Positions 36,137 to 45,293 of a stretch of 64,000 bases of DNA are shown piece by piece. Source of the stretch: Escherichia phage vB_EcoM_G4498. The stretch is taken from sequence record NC_054918.1, one strand, 5' to 3'. A program made the translations under genes and the position numbers. Below the pieces are notes generated by a model. The model was not told where the DNA came from, made no database searches, and worked only from the letters and a program-made list of their open reading frames with translations. Within the stretch, counting starts at the first letter, position 1. Every line of letters starts with the position of its first letter.

Positions 36137-36273
36137 ATATCAAGAACCGTCATTGAAATGCAAAATAAAATTATTGAAATAAATCCATCTGGAGTGCTAA
36201 AGAACCCAATCCAACATGCTCTAGTGAATAGATAAAATGCAAGAAAAAGTATCACATATCCAAGAAATATCAT
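36133..36273 (-). CDS. small membrane protein, 46 aa (47.1 position; not in the ORF track)
   Basis: My own translation: MIFLGYVILFLAFYLFTRACWIGFFSTPDGFISIILFCISMTVLDI. ATGA overlap with the gene 47 start. Confidence 0.45.
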   Translation of the reverse strand: MIFLGYVILFLAFYLFTRACWIGFFSTPDGFISIILFCISMTVLDI

Positions 36274-36298
36274 TATATCAAACTCCGTATAAAGCTAA
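36272..36298 (-). promoter_or_regulatory. probable middle promoter for genes 47/46
   Basis: TTAGCTTTA, 12 nt, TATAAT. Same cassette as 4292-4318. Confidence 0.45.
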
Positions 36299-36314
36299 AG
36301 GGCCGAAGCCCTTT
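36297..36314 (-). terminator. UUCG hairpin after a-gt
   Basis: AAAGGGC-UUCG-GCCCUUU. Overlaps the a-gt stop. Confidence 0.65.
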
Positions 36315-37515
36315 ATTTTGTAATAATGTCAAACTGTTCTTTAAAACAGAAGCTTGAATCTTGGTGCTGATACAAAAATTCATATGCTTTTTCTCGCTCA
36401 CGGTCATAAAGAGCTCGGTCAGATGACAGTTCTTTAATACGTTCAAACGCTGATTCCATATCATTTTCATCAAACCAAATGATACCGCTATCATGCGAGG
36501 TCAAAGGAGTATTATCAACACGGAATTTTAAATTTTCGCCAGTAGATTTCCAAAATACCGGAATTGTTCCACATGCACCAAGCTCGAGATGAGTATATTC
36601 TAAAGAGCGCTGTAGATATTTTTTATCCAACTTACTCAACTGATAACCAAATCCGGATTTACTCATACGTTCAAGCATTTCGCTATTTACATAACGATCG
36701 AGAATTTGCGTTGGTAAATTAGGAGCAATTTTAATTTGGTCTACTTGATGAAGACGATAATACTCGTATGGAATTCCTTTTTCTTTAATAGGAATGAACG
36801 CTGGAGAACGTTCCAGACCTTCCATAATAGTACTTAGTCCTGCAGGTTTAAGATGTTTTTCGTGAAAATCAAACATCTGATAAAAACCTTTCCATGTAGT
36901 CGTACGACCAATCCAACGGTTGACATTCATGTTAATTTCAGAAACATCTTTCCAGTAGGTTGACCGAACCTTCGCAATATCCATAGGAGGCTGAAAGTTA
37001 TATACGGTCGGCGCTTCTTCAATATCATCAAACAGAGAAACAGTTTCTGGATACCATTCTTTCATCAGAACTTTATTAAAATCACCATTATCAGAATGGC
37101 TAAAAATAACATCAGCTCGACGAACAGTTTCTTCTAATCCCAAATTTCGACGCAAAGAAAGAGAAGAATGGTCATGTTGATAAACTACAACACGAACCGA
37201 AGGTTTAATGTTATCAATAATTTTTTTATAGTTATTAATAGTGTCTTCTTCAACTGAAGTAGCAGGAACTGAATTGATAATTAGAATATCACAATCATTT
37301 ACCAGCTTAAGTGTTTTATCGTATTCTTTTGCCAATAAAACCGGAATTGAAAATGATTTATAATCATGCGCACAGTTACGAGTAAATGATTTATCTTTGG
37401 CATAAACCAAAGTTACTTCATGACCATTTTTAATAAACCAATCACGTTGCTCGAGTGAGAATTTTGTTACACCACAACCTTCAAGACCTCGAGCCATAAA
37501 AATACATACTTTCAT
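36313..37515 (-). CDS. a-gt: DNA alpha-glucosyltransferase, 400 aa
   Basis: M(K/R)(V/I)CIFMARGLEGCGVTKFSLEQRDWFIKNGHEVTLVYAKDKSFTR... closely matches T4 a-gt. Confidence 0.95.
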   Translation of the reverse strand: MKVCIFMARGLEGCGVTKFSLEQRDWFIKNGHEVTLVYAKDKSFTRNCAHDYKSFSIPVLLAKEYDKTLKLVNDCDILIINSVPATSVEEDTINNYKKIIDNIKPSVRVVVYQHDHSSLSLRRNLGLEETVRRADVIFSHSDNGDFNKVLMKEWYPETVSLFDDIEEAPTVYNFQPPMDIAKVRSTYWKDVSEINMNVNRWIGRTTTWKGFYQMFDFHEKHLKPAGLSTIMEGLERSPAFIPIKEKGIPYEYYRLHQVDQIKIAPNLPTQILDRYVNSEMLERMSKSGFGYQLSKLDKKYLQRSLEYTHLELGACGTIPVFWKSTGENLKFRVDNTPLTSHDSGIIWFDENDMESAFERIKELSSDRALYDREREKAYEFLYQHQDSSFCFKEQFDIITK

Positions 37516-37539
37516 TTAATATCCTCTTTGTTTTGGTTT

Positions 37540-37565
37540 ATTTTACCAAAAATTTATAAAGCAAT
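37540..37565 (-). promoter_or_regulatory. MotA-dependent middle promoter for a-gt
   Basis: ATTGCTTTA (perfect), 11 nt, TAAAAT. Confidence 0.55.
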
Positions 37566-37566
37566 A

Positions 37567-37584
37567 TAGGAGCCGAAGCTCCTA
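37567..37584 (-). terminator. UUCG hairpin
   Basis: UAGGAGC-UUCG-GCUCCUA. Contains the stop of 37582-37755. Confidence 0.6.
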
Positions 37585-37755
37585 TCCGCATAATACGCCA
37601 TACAAAGGCTCATTAGAACTTCTAAATTTTATGCGCTTATATGTTATAGTTCCTTCTGCTTTAGCTTTATCATAAGACTCTTTAAAGCGTCTCATCATTT
37701 CCTCTTTAGAGGAACGAATTTTATTATAATCTATTTCAGAAGTCTGGATGTTCAT
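37582..37755 (-). CDS. small hypothetical protein, 57 aa (not in the ORF track)
   Basis: My own translation: MNIQTSEIDYNKIRSSKEEMMRRFKESYDKAKAEGTITYKRIKFRSSNEPLYGVLCG. The stop lies inside the UUCG terminator stem. Confidence 0.5.
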   Translation of the reverse strand: MNIQTSEIDYNKIRSSKEEMMRRFKESYDKAKAEGTITYKRIKFRSSNEPLYGVLCG

Positions 37756-37758
37756 CTT

Positions 37759-37962
37759 TCATAACTGCCACCATTTTTTGACTTGATAAGAATCAACCCA
37801 CACTTTCATATTAGGGTCTGCTCTTACAATAGGAGGATTAACTTCTTTAATTGAACTATCATGGTATTCTTTTTCAGAAATTTTCACACAAAGATGACCA
37901 TTCAAAGATTCAGTAAATCCTGCATTAATTTTAAGACGCTTGAATTTTACGTGTGTAAGCAT
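37759..37962 (-). CDS. small hypothetical protein, 67 aa
   Basis: ATG at 37960-37962 after GAGGA. Confidence 0.55.
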   Translation of the reverse strand: MLTHVKFKRLKINAGFTESLNGHLCVKISEKEYHDSSIKEVNPPIVRADPNMKVWVDSYQVKKWWQL

Positions 37963-38248
37963 CAATCATATCCTCAATTTGCGATCTAGTAGTCTTCCAA
38001 AGAATACTGATGAGTTCATCGTTATATGGCTGTTTTAGAATATCCCGACTTTTCTTGATAGCATATTCGTATTGAGCAAAATTATTATTTTCAGCCGCAA
38101 TCTGAGCATGCTTATAAAGACGATTCAGTTCGCGTTTGTTTTTAGACAATAACTTATTTGCTTTTCTTTCTGCTTCAAGACGGTTCTTTTCTTCAATAGA
38201 AGAAATAAGCTTTTCCACTTCATCATTAATTTCGGGTTTATCAATCAT
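37931..38248 (-). CDS. hypothetical helical protein, 105 aa
   Basis: Intact ORF with operon packing. Confidence 0.6.
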   Translation of the reverse strand: MIDKPEINDEVEKLISSIEEKNRLEAERKANKLLSKNKRELNRLYKHAQIAAENNNFAQYEYAIKKSRDILKQPYNDELISILWKTTRSQIEDMIDAYTRKIQAS

Positions 38249-38249
38249 A

Positions 38250-38468
38250 TTATTTCTCTAATATAAAATAAAAATCATCATCTGTTAAATGATACCTGTA
38301 ATTTAATTCTACACCATTAGATTTAAAAGCGGTATCATACGGATTTTCTGGATCAATATCAATGTCAAGAGCTAAAACTTCCCTGAGATACATTTTAAGT
38401 AAATAGGGAATAGCTTCAACTTCAGGTATTTCTTCCAAGAATCCGGAGAGGTTAATCGTTAGCCTCAT
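38250..38468 (-). CDS. small hypothetical protein, 72 aa
   Basis: Intact ORF immediately downstream of gene 55. Confidence 0.6.
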
Positions 38469-39009
38469 ATAAAAAATCCAAACTAGGAGAATCGTCTACA
38501 ACACTTTTCTTTTCAGCCCCCGGTGTTCTATAGGTTGATTCTTCGTAATGCGTCATTTTATCATAGATGTCTTGAATAAAAGTTTCATCTACTAACGCAA
38601 CCATATCGTCGTCACGGCTGTCATAGACATTGTGAACGAAGTAACTATATTTCTTTGCAACTTCCTTACGTTCTTTTTTAATACGTTGGACGAATGCATT
38701 AAAACAAGCTTGAGTTATATATGCATGTGGGTTTTTATATTTCGTTTCATCAAAATTGTGAAGCCCCTTAATAGAAGCTTCTATACCATCTGCAATCATT
38801 TCTTGTTTCCAAGACTGGGTGTATCCTGAAAAGTTGAAACGTTTAGATAAGCCTTCTGCAATAAGCATAATGGCTAATCCGATAGTATCATTCTGACGAA
38901 CTACTTTATTTGGGTCTTTATTATTTGCTAATTCTGTTTTCCAATCAATAATAGCCTGTAAAAGCTCTTTATTGTTTACGTAATTATATTTAGGCTTAGT
39001 TTCTGACAT
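38452..39009 (-). CDS. 55: gp55 late-transcription sigma factor, 185 aa
   Basis: [41 protein letters not shown]... matches T4 gp55. ATG at 39007-39009 after GAGG. Confidence 0.95.
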
Positions 39010-39087
39010 TTTCACCTCTTAGCTCAATTCATAGATCTATTATATCATAATATTTGAAGATCTATCTTAAAGCATAGAGGATATCAG

Positions 39088-39357
39088 TTATCTAAGTAAG
39101 CAGTATGCTTGGAACACTTTCTCCATCATCTTTTTAAATTCATGAATATCTATATAATGACTAGTTAAATCAGCATGATATAAAAAGTCTAAAAACTTTT
39201 CATGTGTGCTAACATATTCACTTTCATTTAATTCAGAAACATGACTTTCCCAATATCCAACACCAGTCTTATTTGGGAAAAATGAAATTTTCATATATTG
39301 GTCAACATAGAAAATGCCATAATTTTCAATAGTAATAGAAATATTAATAAATTTCAT
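39088..39357 (-). CDS. hypothetical protein (55.x region), 89 aa
   Basis: Intact ORF. Confidence 0.55.
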   Translation of the reverse strand: MKFINISITIENYGIFYVDQYMKISFFPNKTGVGYWESHVSELNESEYVSTHEKFLDFLYHADLTSHYIDIHEFKKMMEKVFQAYCLLR

Positions 39358-39569
39358 ACATTCATCAACTTAGCCGCTTCGAGAGCTGCATCTAGTGAAT
39401 CAAATTGGTCAACATATTCAATCAATTCGCCGTAATTAGCATATAACCACCATTGGCTAAATTCATACTCAAGGATGAATCCGTTTCCTTCAATTTGAGT
39501 TAAACCAATGCCATTTGTATTTACTTCATATCCAGCAAGACGCAAATCGTTAATAAGAGCTTCGTTCAT
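39354..39569 (-). CDS. hypothetical protein (55.x region), 71 aa
   Basis: Intact ORF with a 4-nt overlap with the downstream gene. Confidence 0.55.
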   Translation of the reverse strand: MNEALINDLRLAGYEVNTNGIGLTQIEGNGFILEYEFSQWWLYANYGELIEYVDQFDSLDAALEAAKLMNV

Positions 39570-39571
39570 AA

Positions 39572-39898
39572 TTATACCTTAGCAATTTTCAGGTCTGCAA
39601 ATTTTTTCTTGCGTTGATTTTTCATGCGACGAATAGTTTTATCGGAAATTTCATGCTTTTGATAAGCTTTAGATTCTACACCAAAAGCTTTAACATCAAA
39701 TTCTGACAAGATATATTGAACCAACAATTCACGGACAGTATTGCGTCCAATCTTCTGATCATTCTGTTTCATCGTCTGATGAAGCTCTTTTTCCCATTTA
39801 TCCAAAATTTGAGGAGTTACAATATCGCCTTTTTCTAGCAAAGAAACTACTTTATCGTATGCGTAAGAATTGATGGCGTTTTTAATTTGAATAGTCAT
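39572..39898 (-). CDS. hypothetical protein (55.x region), 108 aa, basic C-terminus
   Basis: Intact ORF. Confidence 0.6.
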   Translation of the reverse strand: MTIQIKNAINSYAYDKVVSLLEKGDIVTPQILDKWEKELHQTMKQNDQKIGRNTVRELLVQYILSEFDVKAFGVESKAYQKHEISDKTIRRMKNQRKKKFADLKIAKV

Positions 39899-39936
39899 AC
39901 ATTATCCTCAATTGCGTTAAAATTTTATTATCCAAA

Positions 39937-39952
39937 AAGGGCCGAAGCCCTT
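39937..39952 (-). terminator. UUCG hairpin
   Basis: AAGGGC-UUCG-GCCCUU followed by a U-run. Confidence 0.65.
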
Positions 39953-40151
39953 AGCTAAACTTTTTGGCACCCTTCCAGCCTTCATACATCATTGCGGCTG
40001 ATATTAATATTGCTCCTGAGCAACTTGAATATTTGTGATTCCAAAACCAGTTTAGAAAAACTTCGTCATCAATACCTTGTGCTATCATATTTTCAAAGAA
40101 CTGACGACGAGCTTCGGCAATTCGCTGCGATAATTTAGATTCAGGATTCAT
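39951..40151 (-). CDS. hypothetical protein, 66 aa
   Basis: Intact ORF. The stop lies within the UUCG hairpin at 39937-39952. Confidence 0.55.
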   Translation of the reverse strand: MNPESKLSQRIAEARRQFFENMIAQGIDDEVFLNWFWNHKYSSCSGAILISAAMMYEGWKGAKKFS

Positions 40152-40283
40152 TTAAATTTTCCAATTACCGTTTTCATCAATGAATTTAATCCAGTCATTT
40201 ACTGACCACTTAGTTGTATCGCCTTTTGGAGTAACATTTAAAGTATATAGCCCTTGCTTAAAAAGCATTCGTTTGATATTCAT
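40152..40283 (-). CDS. small hypothetical protein, 43 aa
   Basis: Start moved to the ATG at 40281-40283 after GAGG (MNIKRMLFKQGLYTLNV...). Confidence 0.45.
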   Translation of the reverse strand: MNIKRMLFKQGLYTLNVTPKGDTTKWSVNDWIKFIDENGNWKI

Positions 40284-40290
40284 ATTTTCC

Positions 40291-40584
40291 TCAGCTGTAA
40301 CGATAACACTCGTTTGATTTACGTTTAGCAACTCGTTGAGAAGTATTATAATCAAAATCATCGTCAATGTAAACTGATTTTTTCAACTTTCTTACTTCAC
40401 CACGTAATTGGCGATTTAGCTCATCTTTAACTTCTGAATCAATACCTTTCATTCTACGCCATTTATCTGAGCGAAAAATGTTTTCAACCATATCTTTATG
40501 ACTTACACCATCAGGAGCTTTACGCTTTCCGAAATAGTCATAATCACGTACTTTTAAATCTTTACGACGATACGTTTTACCCAT
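40291..40584 (-). CDS. highly basic hypothetical protein, 97 aa
   Basis: Start at MGKTYRRKDLKVRDYDYFGKRKAP (ATG 40582-40584), overlapping the upstream stop. Confidence 0.55.
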   Translation of the reverse strand: MGKTYRRKDLKVRDYDYFGKRKAPDGVSHKDMVENIFRSDKWRRMKGIDSEVKDELNRQLRGEVRKLKKSVYIDDDFDYNTSQRVAKRKSNECYRYS

Positions 40585-40759
40585 GGAGTTTAATTTCCTT
40601 AGCAACTGAACTAAATACAGCACGGTCACAAATCATGTGTTTATGTAACTTAAGTATAAGATAATAAACATCATAACCATTTACGTAAGTAACGCGAACA
40701 GCATTACCATTAATAAGATAATACTGTCCCTTTTTAATTTCTTTATCAATCATAACCAT
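40577..40759 (-). CDS. small hypothetical protein, 60 aa
   Basis: ORF downstream of the early promoter at 40790-40819. Confidence 0.55.
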   Translation of the reverse strand: MVMIDKEIKKGQYYLINGNAVRVTYVNGYDVYYLILKLHKHMICDRAVFSSVAKEIKLHG

Positions 40760-40789
40760 ATCAATTCCTCAAAGGCAATTCATGTGTTA

Positions 40790-40819
40790 ATAATACCACA
40801 GTTTGAGCTCGCTGTAAAC
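40790..40819 (-). promoter_or_regulatory. early promoter
   Basis: GTTTAC-N18-TATTAT upstream of 40577-40759. Shares the upstream ttcacaaagtt element with 26054+ and 52940+. Confidence 0.55.
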
Positions 40820-40900
40820 AACTTTGTGAAAAATATTTTAGGGAATGATAAGAAAGGAACGATAGCTTAGAATGGTAATATACAGAATGTGAGAAAGAAA

Positions 40901-40913
40901 GGCCCAGAGGGCC
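40901..40913 (-). terminator. short GC hairpin after nrdH
   Basis: GGCCC-UCU-GGGCC followed by UUUCUUUCUC. Confidence 0.45.
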
Positions 40914-40917
40914 CGTC

Positions 40918-41226
40918 TTAATCTTCTATGATATCTCTATCATATCCAAGTGAAATGAGAGTTTCTTTGAAGTGTTTAATGTTCTTTTGTCTAGAATCAT
41001 TAATGAAAATGACTGGATAACGAATGTTAAGAGATGTGAATCCAGCTCGTTTAGCAAGAGATACAATCAGTGGACGATCATACTCAATCTTACCATTATT
41101 TGTAAGAACTTTATAGAAAGTAAAAGGAGCATTGAGCTCCTTTAGAAGTTTTGTAACTGATTGACATCCAGGACAACGACCTACTTCATCTGGAATTCCA
41201 TAGACTTCAATCTTATTTTGTTTCAC
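40918..41226 (-). CDS. nrdH: NrdH glutaredoxin-like protein, 102 aa
   Basis: CPGC redox motif. Size and position match T4 NrdH. Confidence 0.85.
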   Translation of the reverse strand: MKQNKIEVYGIPDEVGRCPGCQSVTKLLKELNAPFTFYKVLTNNGKIEYDRPLIVSLAKRAGFTSLNIRYPVIFINDSRQKNIKHFKETLISLGYDRDIIED

Positions 41227-41228
41227 AA

Positions 41229-41441
41229 CTATTCCTTACTAAGAGCAGCATTCAGCTTGTTAGTAATTTTATCCAGACGCTCATTGAACTCACTAGAAGA
41301 TAATCCCTTTTCTGGAGAAATCAAACTAATCACGAAAAATATAGCAATAAAAGGAATAAGGAAAATAGCTCCAACTGCCATAAACAGAAAGAATGTTACA
41401 GTTGTAAGAAAATCAGCTAAACCTTTACGAAATTTATACAT
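41229..41441 (-). CDS. small membrane protein, 70 aa
   Basis: Long hydrophobic stretch FFLFMAVGAIFLIPFIAIFFVISLI. Confidence 0.55.
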   Translation of the reverse strand: MYKFRKGLADFLTTVTFFLFMAVGAIFLIPFIAIFFVISLISPEKGLSSSEFNERLDKITNKLNAALSKE

Positions 41442-41556
41442 ATTTTACCCTTAATTAATTAACCAAGCATTGATAAGCACTAAACTATACTGCGAATAAA
41501 ATTCTGGACCAAAATGAAAAATCATATCATTTATAGTATCCATAATGTAATTCAAT

Positions 41557-42027
41557 TTAATCATGTTTCCACACCCCATCGGTATTTGACCAAAGTCGCT
41601 GATTATCTGATCCTCGCCACAGCTTTTTAGTCGGAAGATTTTTCTCATACTTCCCATCAATAATAACATCAACATATTTAAGCATTTCTAGTTGTTTAAT
41701 ATCTTCAAACTTATATCCTGTCCACAACCAAATGCTTTTATTGGGATAAAGATTTTTTACTGTTTGAACAATGCAATGAATAACATCTCGATTGTCAGGA
41801 TAGAGAGGGTCTCCTCCAGTTATAGTTAATCCTTCTATATAATCATTATTCAAACATTCAATCAATTGTTCTAGTGTTTCACCAGTGAATGGAATACCAT
41901 TTCTAGCATTCCATGTTGATTTATTATAACACCCTTCACATTTATGCAAACAACCTGTAACGAAAAGAACGACCCTGCAACCAGGGCCATTCACAAAATC
42001 GCAAGGATAAAATCTATCATAATTCAT
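41557..42027 (-). CDS. nrdG: NrdG anaerobic RNR activase (radical SAM), 156 aa
   Basis: CxxxCxxC cluster motif GCLHKCEGCYN. Size matches T4 NrdG. Confidence 0.92.
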   Translation of the reverse strand: MNYDRFYPCDFVNGPGCRVVLFVTGCLHKCEGCYNKSTWNARNGIPFTGETLEQLIECLNNDYIEGLTITGGDPLYPDNRDVIHCIVQTVKNLYPNKSIWLWTGYKFEDIKQLEMLKYVDVIIDGKYEKNLPTKKLWRGSDNQRLWSNTDGVWKHD

Positions 42028-43841
42028 TGGTGCTTAACCCTATGCATGATTTCTTTATTTTTACCGAGATTAAATCCGCGTTCGTTCGGATTTCCCAAAT
42101 AACCGCATGTTCTTCTTATGGTATTCATCTTTTTAGGATCAGTTTCTCCACAAATAGAACAAACAAATCCGTTTTCAGTAGGAATCATTTCATGGGTACT
42201 TCCGCATGTAAAACATTTATCTACTGGCATATTAACACCAAAATAATCTAAATGTTGTGCAGCATAATCCCATACAGCCTCAAGACCTTTTAGGTTATTT
42301 TTCATATCAGGAAGTTCAACATAAGAAATGTGACCACCTGTCGCAATGAAATGATATGGCGCTTCACGAGAAATCTTTTCAAACGGAGTAATATTTTCTT
42401 CTACTGAAACGTGGAAACTGTTAGTGTACCAGCCTTTATCGGTAACATCTTTTACACTTCCATATTTTTCTGTATCAAGTTTACAGAAGCGGTAACAAAG
42501 GTTTTCAGCAGGAGTCGAATATAAACTAAAAGCAAATCCGGTTCTTTCAGTCCACTGTTTAAGATGAGCATTCATTTTAGTTAAAATTTCTTGTCCAATA
42601 TCACGACCGACAAGAATATTCAATTCGTGAATACCAATGTATCCCAAAGACACTGAACTTCTGCCGTTTTTAAATAACTCAATTATATCGTCATCAGGTT
42701 TAAGACGAACCCCGAATGCACCTTCTTGGTAAAGAATAGGAGCAACAGTCGCTTTAACTCCTTTTAAGGAACTAATTCTACACATCAAAGCTTCAAAACA
42801 CAGATCCATTCGTTCATTAAATAGCTCAACAAATTTCTGCTCATTGAATTGAGTTCCAATATAAGAATCTAATGCGATGCGAGGAAGATTCAATGTTACA
42901 ACACCAAGATTATTACGTCCATCAAGAATTTCATTACCGGTTGAATCTTTCCACACACTCAAAAAACTGCGGCAACCCATTGGAGAAACAGGAATAGATG
43001 AACCGGTGATAGCTTTGTTATTCTTAGCCGAAATGATGTCAGGATACATTCTTTTGCTTGCACACTCTAAAGCAAGCTGTTTAATATCATAGTTAGGATC
43101 GTCTTTATAAAGATTAACACCTTCTTCAACGAACATAACAAGCTTAGGGAAAATAGGAGTTATCCCATCACGACCAAGACCTTTAATACGATTTTTCAGA
43201 ATTGCTTTCTGAATCATTCGTTCAGTCCAGTCAGTTCCTGTACCAAATGTAATTGTTACAAAAGGTGTTTGTCCGTTTGAACTAAAGAGAGTATTTACTT
43301 CATATTCATAAGCTTGGAATGCATCGTATACATCTTTTTCTGTTTTAGATTGAGCATAATTTAACGCATCAGCGATTTGCCATTTTTCTGCATCCTCAAT
43401 ATGTTTTGCATAGGTGCGTTTAACATAAGGAGAAAGTACTTTATCTACATTAGCAAAAGTCGTTCCGCCGTATTGATGGGAAGCAACCTGTGCAGTAATT
43501 TGTGCCATAATTGCAGTAGCAACACCGATTGATTTAGGAGTTTCAATCTGTGCATTACCAAGCTTAAATCCATTCTCAAGCATTCCTTTTAAATCTACTA
43601 AACAACAATTAGTAAATGGAAGAGCAGGGGAATAATCAATATCGTGGAAATGGATAATTCCGCTTTCATGCGCTTTCATAATAAAAGACGGGACCATATT
43701 TTTGGCAATGTGTTTAGACACAATACCAGCCATAAGGTCCCGTTGAGTTGGAAAAACACGAGAATCTTTATTAGCATTCTCATTCAAAAGGTCTTTATTA
43801 GTTTTATGAATCAATCCTTCAATTTCTTTTTCAATTGTCAT
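42024..43841 (-). CDS. nrdD: NrdD anaerobic ribonucleotide reductase (glycyl radical enzyme), 605 aa, intronless
   Basis: Continuous 605-codon ORF with the C-terminal glycyl-radical region RRTCGYLG and a Cys4 motif. Confidence 0.95.
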   Translation of the reverse strand: MTIEKEIEGLIHKTNKDLLNENANKDSRVFPTQRDLMAGIVSKHIAKNMVPSFIMKAHESGIIHFHDIDYSPALPFTNCCLVDLKGMLENGFKLGNAQIETPKSIGVATAIMAQITAQVASHQYGGTTFANVDKVLSPYVKRTYAKHIEDAEKWQIADALNYAQSKTEKDVYDAFQAYEYEVNTLFSSNGQTPFVTITFGTGTDWTERMIQKAILKNRIKGLGRDGITPIFPKLVMFVEEGVNLYKDDPNYDIKQLALECASKRMYPDIISAKNNKAITGSSIPVSPMGCRSFLSVWKDSTGNEILDGRNNLGVVTLNLPRIALDSYIGTQFNEQKFVELFNERMDLCFEALMCRISSLKGVKATVAPILYQEGAFGVRLKPDDDIIELFKNGRSSVSLGYIGIHELNILVGRDIGQEILTKMNAHLKQWTERTGFAFSLYSTPAENLCYRFCKLDTEKYGSVKDVTDKGWYTNSFHVSVEENITPFEKISREAPYHFIATGGHISYVELPDMKNNLKGLEAVWDYAAQHLDYFGVNMPVDKCFTCGSTHEMIPTENGFVCSICGETDPKKMNTIRRTCGYLGNPNERGFNLGKNKEIMHRVKHQ

Positions 43842-44311
43842 TTTAAACTCTTTCTAAGCTGCTTCTTAAATGAAGCTATTAACTGTGTTTTAGTGTCAGA
43901 TTCATTATATTCAAATCCTCTTTGAAGCATCTCAGCCATCATTTCCTCTTTTCCTAAACGAGAAAATTCCTTTGATTTATCTCCAACAAAGTTAGGGTGA
44001 ATATTATTTTGGGTGTAATCGGATTTTAAGTAAGTAAGTAAATTTTCTAACCATTCAAGATAATCAACACCTTGTCCCTTTAAGCCAGAACGATTAAATT
44101 TATGCTTCATTTGACCTTCTGCGGCATTGCATAGATTACAAAGCAATCCACGCACCTTTCCTGCTTTTGGTCCATTTAATTCATGGTCATGGTCGAGGTG
44201 ATTAGCTTGAACATCAGGATTTAGTTCTCGTTGGCAAATTAAGCATTTACCGTTTTGTGCATTATAAAATTTTTGTTTTTCTTCTTTATATAATTTGCCA
44301 GTCAATAACAT
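43838..44311 (-). CDS. 49: endonuclease VII (Holliday-junction resolvase) gp49, 157 aa
   Basis: MLLTGKLYKEEKQKFYNAQNGKCLICQRELNPDVQANHLDHDHELNG... matches T4 gp49. Confidence 0.95.
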   Translation of the reverse strand: MLLTGKLYKEEKQKFYNAQNGKCLICQRELNPDVQANHLDHDHELNGPKAGKVRGLLCNLCNAAEGQMKHKFNRSGLKGQGVDYLEWLENLLTYLKSDYTQNNIHPNFVGDKSKEFSRLGKEEMMAEMLQRGFEYNESDTKTQLIASFKKQLRKSLK

Positions 44312-44317
44312 AATAAA

Positions 44318-44342
44318 ACCCTTACCTTAAATAGATAAGGGT
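44318..44342 (-). promoter_or_regulatory. hairpin abutting the gene 49 start
   Basis: ACCCUUA-N11-UAAGGGU, followed by UUUUAUUAUG. A hairpin that regulates initiation of the long gp49 form is described for T4. Confidence 0.45.
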
Positions 44343-44353
44343 ATTTATTATTT

Positions 44354-44839
44354 TCAAGTATTGTAAAACATTTGATGCAATCGCTTATATTGCTGAATCA
44401 TTCGGTCAGAAAAAGAAATTTGAGTTTCAAGCCATTCAATGTATTCTGCAGCAGCTTGCATCAGGTTACCTTCATAGCCATCGTTATTTTCTTGTGCAGC
44501 TAATTTAGCTAATGCGTATGAAATACGTTCACCTTGAAAATCGGCTTTAGGCTTCTGAACAACTTGATTAGTTCGCTCTACAACTTCTTCAATTTCGCCA
44601 TTTTCGACTGATTCAGTATTCCACAAACACCAATACGTAATTGGCTTATCGTAGATGTTAATAATCTTTCCGTCGGAAAGTTCAATTTCAATAATTCCAG
44701 TATCAGGTTCTATATCATCTTCGCATTCTTTTGCAAGTTCACGAACTTTAAAGACAGTACCTGCACTAAGTTCCGGCCAGTAATTACACAGCCCTGTATC
44801 AGCACGATTAATTCTAAACCACTTATCTACTGTAATCAT
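44354..44839 (-). CDS. pin: PinA inhibitor of host Lon protease, 161 aa
   Basis: ATG at 44837-44839 after GGAG gives 161 aa, the T4 Pin size. Position next to 49. Confidence 0.7.
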   Translation of the reverse strand: MITVDKWFRINRADTGLCNYWPELSAGTVFKVRELAKECEDDIEPDTGIIEIELSDGKIINIYDKPITYWCLWNTESVENGEIEEVVERTNQVVQKPKADFQGERISYALAKLAAQENNDGYEGNLMQAAAEYIEWLETQISFSDRMIQQYKRLHQMFYNT

Positions 44840-44879
44840 GTCCCATCTCCATATCAATTAAATCATTTATCGTTGGTTC

Positions 44880-44909
44880 ATTATATACTGTTTCTTCATC
44901 AGTGTAAAC
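44880..44909 (-). promoter_or_regulatory. early promoter
   Basis: GTTTAC-N18-TATAAT upstream of pin. Confidence 0.65.
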
Positions 44910-44962
44910 CGGTTCTTCCGACTCTGGCTCTACAGTTTCCCATCTAGCCGCCCACCAAGGTT

Positions 44963-45283
44963 TTATAGCGTAATCCATTCTCGTACTGTCTGAGTTACTA
45001 CACGTTCTCGAAGCTCGACTAGTTCAACAGTCGGAACTGCATAATACCAGTCAGAATGATAAGAACCCGAACGGCATTCATTTACGGAAACATGTACGTT
45101 ATGTTTTGGACTAAAATAAACACACTGACGATATTGACATTTGCCGTCTTGCACCCAGTCTTCTATTTCGACAGGTTTAAGATAATCGGAAAAATCGAAA
45201 TCATAGTTTTCTGAAAATGCATCATGGTCTTCAATGATTTCACTCAGAACTGCATCAACATCTAATTTATTTTCAGTATTCAT
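44963..45283 (-). CDS. hypothetical acidic protein, 106 aa
   Basis: Intact ORF. Confidence 0.6.
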   Translation of the reverse strand: MNTENKLDVDAVLSEIIEDHDAFSENYDFDFSDYLKPVEIEDWVQDGKCQYRQCVYFSPKHNVHVSVNECRSGSYHSDWYYAVPTVELVELRERVVTQTVREWITL

Positions 45284-45293
45284 TTTTCACCAA

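Noticed and set aside
39030-39085. TATGCTTTA MotA-like box upstream of gene 55.
   Set aside because: Spacing to the best -10 (TATAAT) is 23 nt, far from the 11-13 nt expected. The only -10 at correct spacing is a weak AAATAT.
44858-44962. A 45-codon acidic open frame (PWWAARWETVEPESEEPVYTDEETVYNEPTINDLIDMEMGHDYSR) between the 106-aa gene and pin, suggesting a frameshift extension.
   Set aside because: It has no start codon and would need a +2 shift past a TAA. The region contains a textbook early promoter (44880-44909) for pin. The open frame is probably fortuitous.
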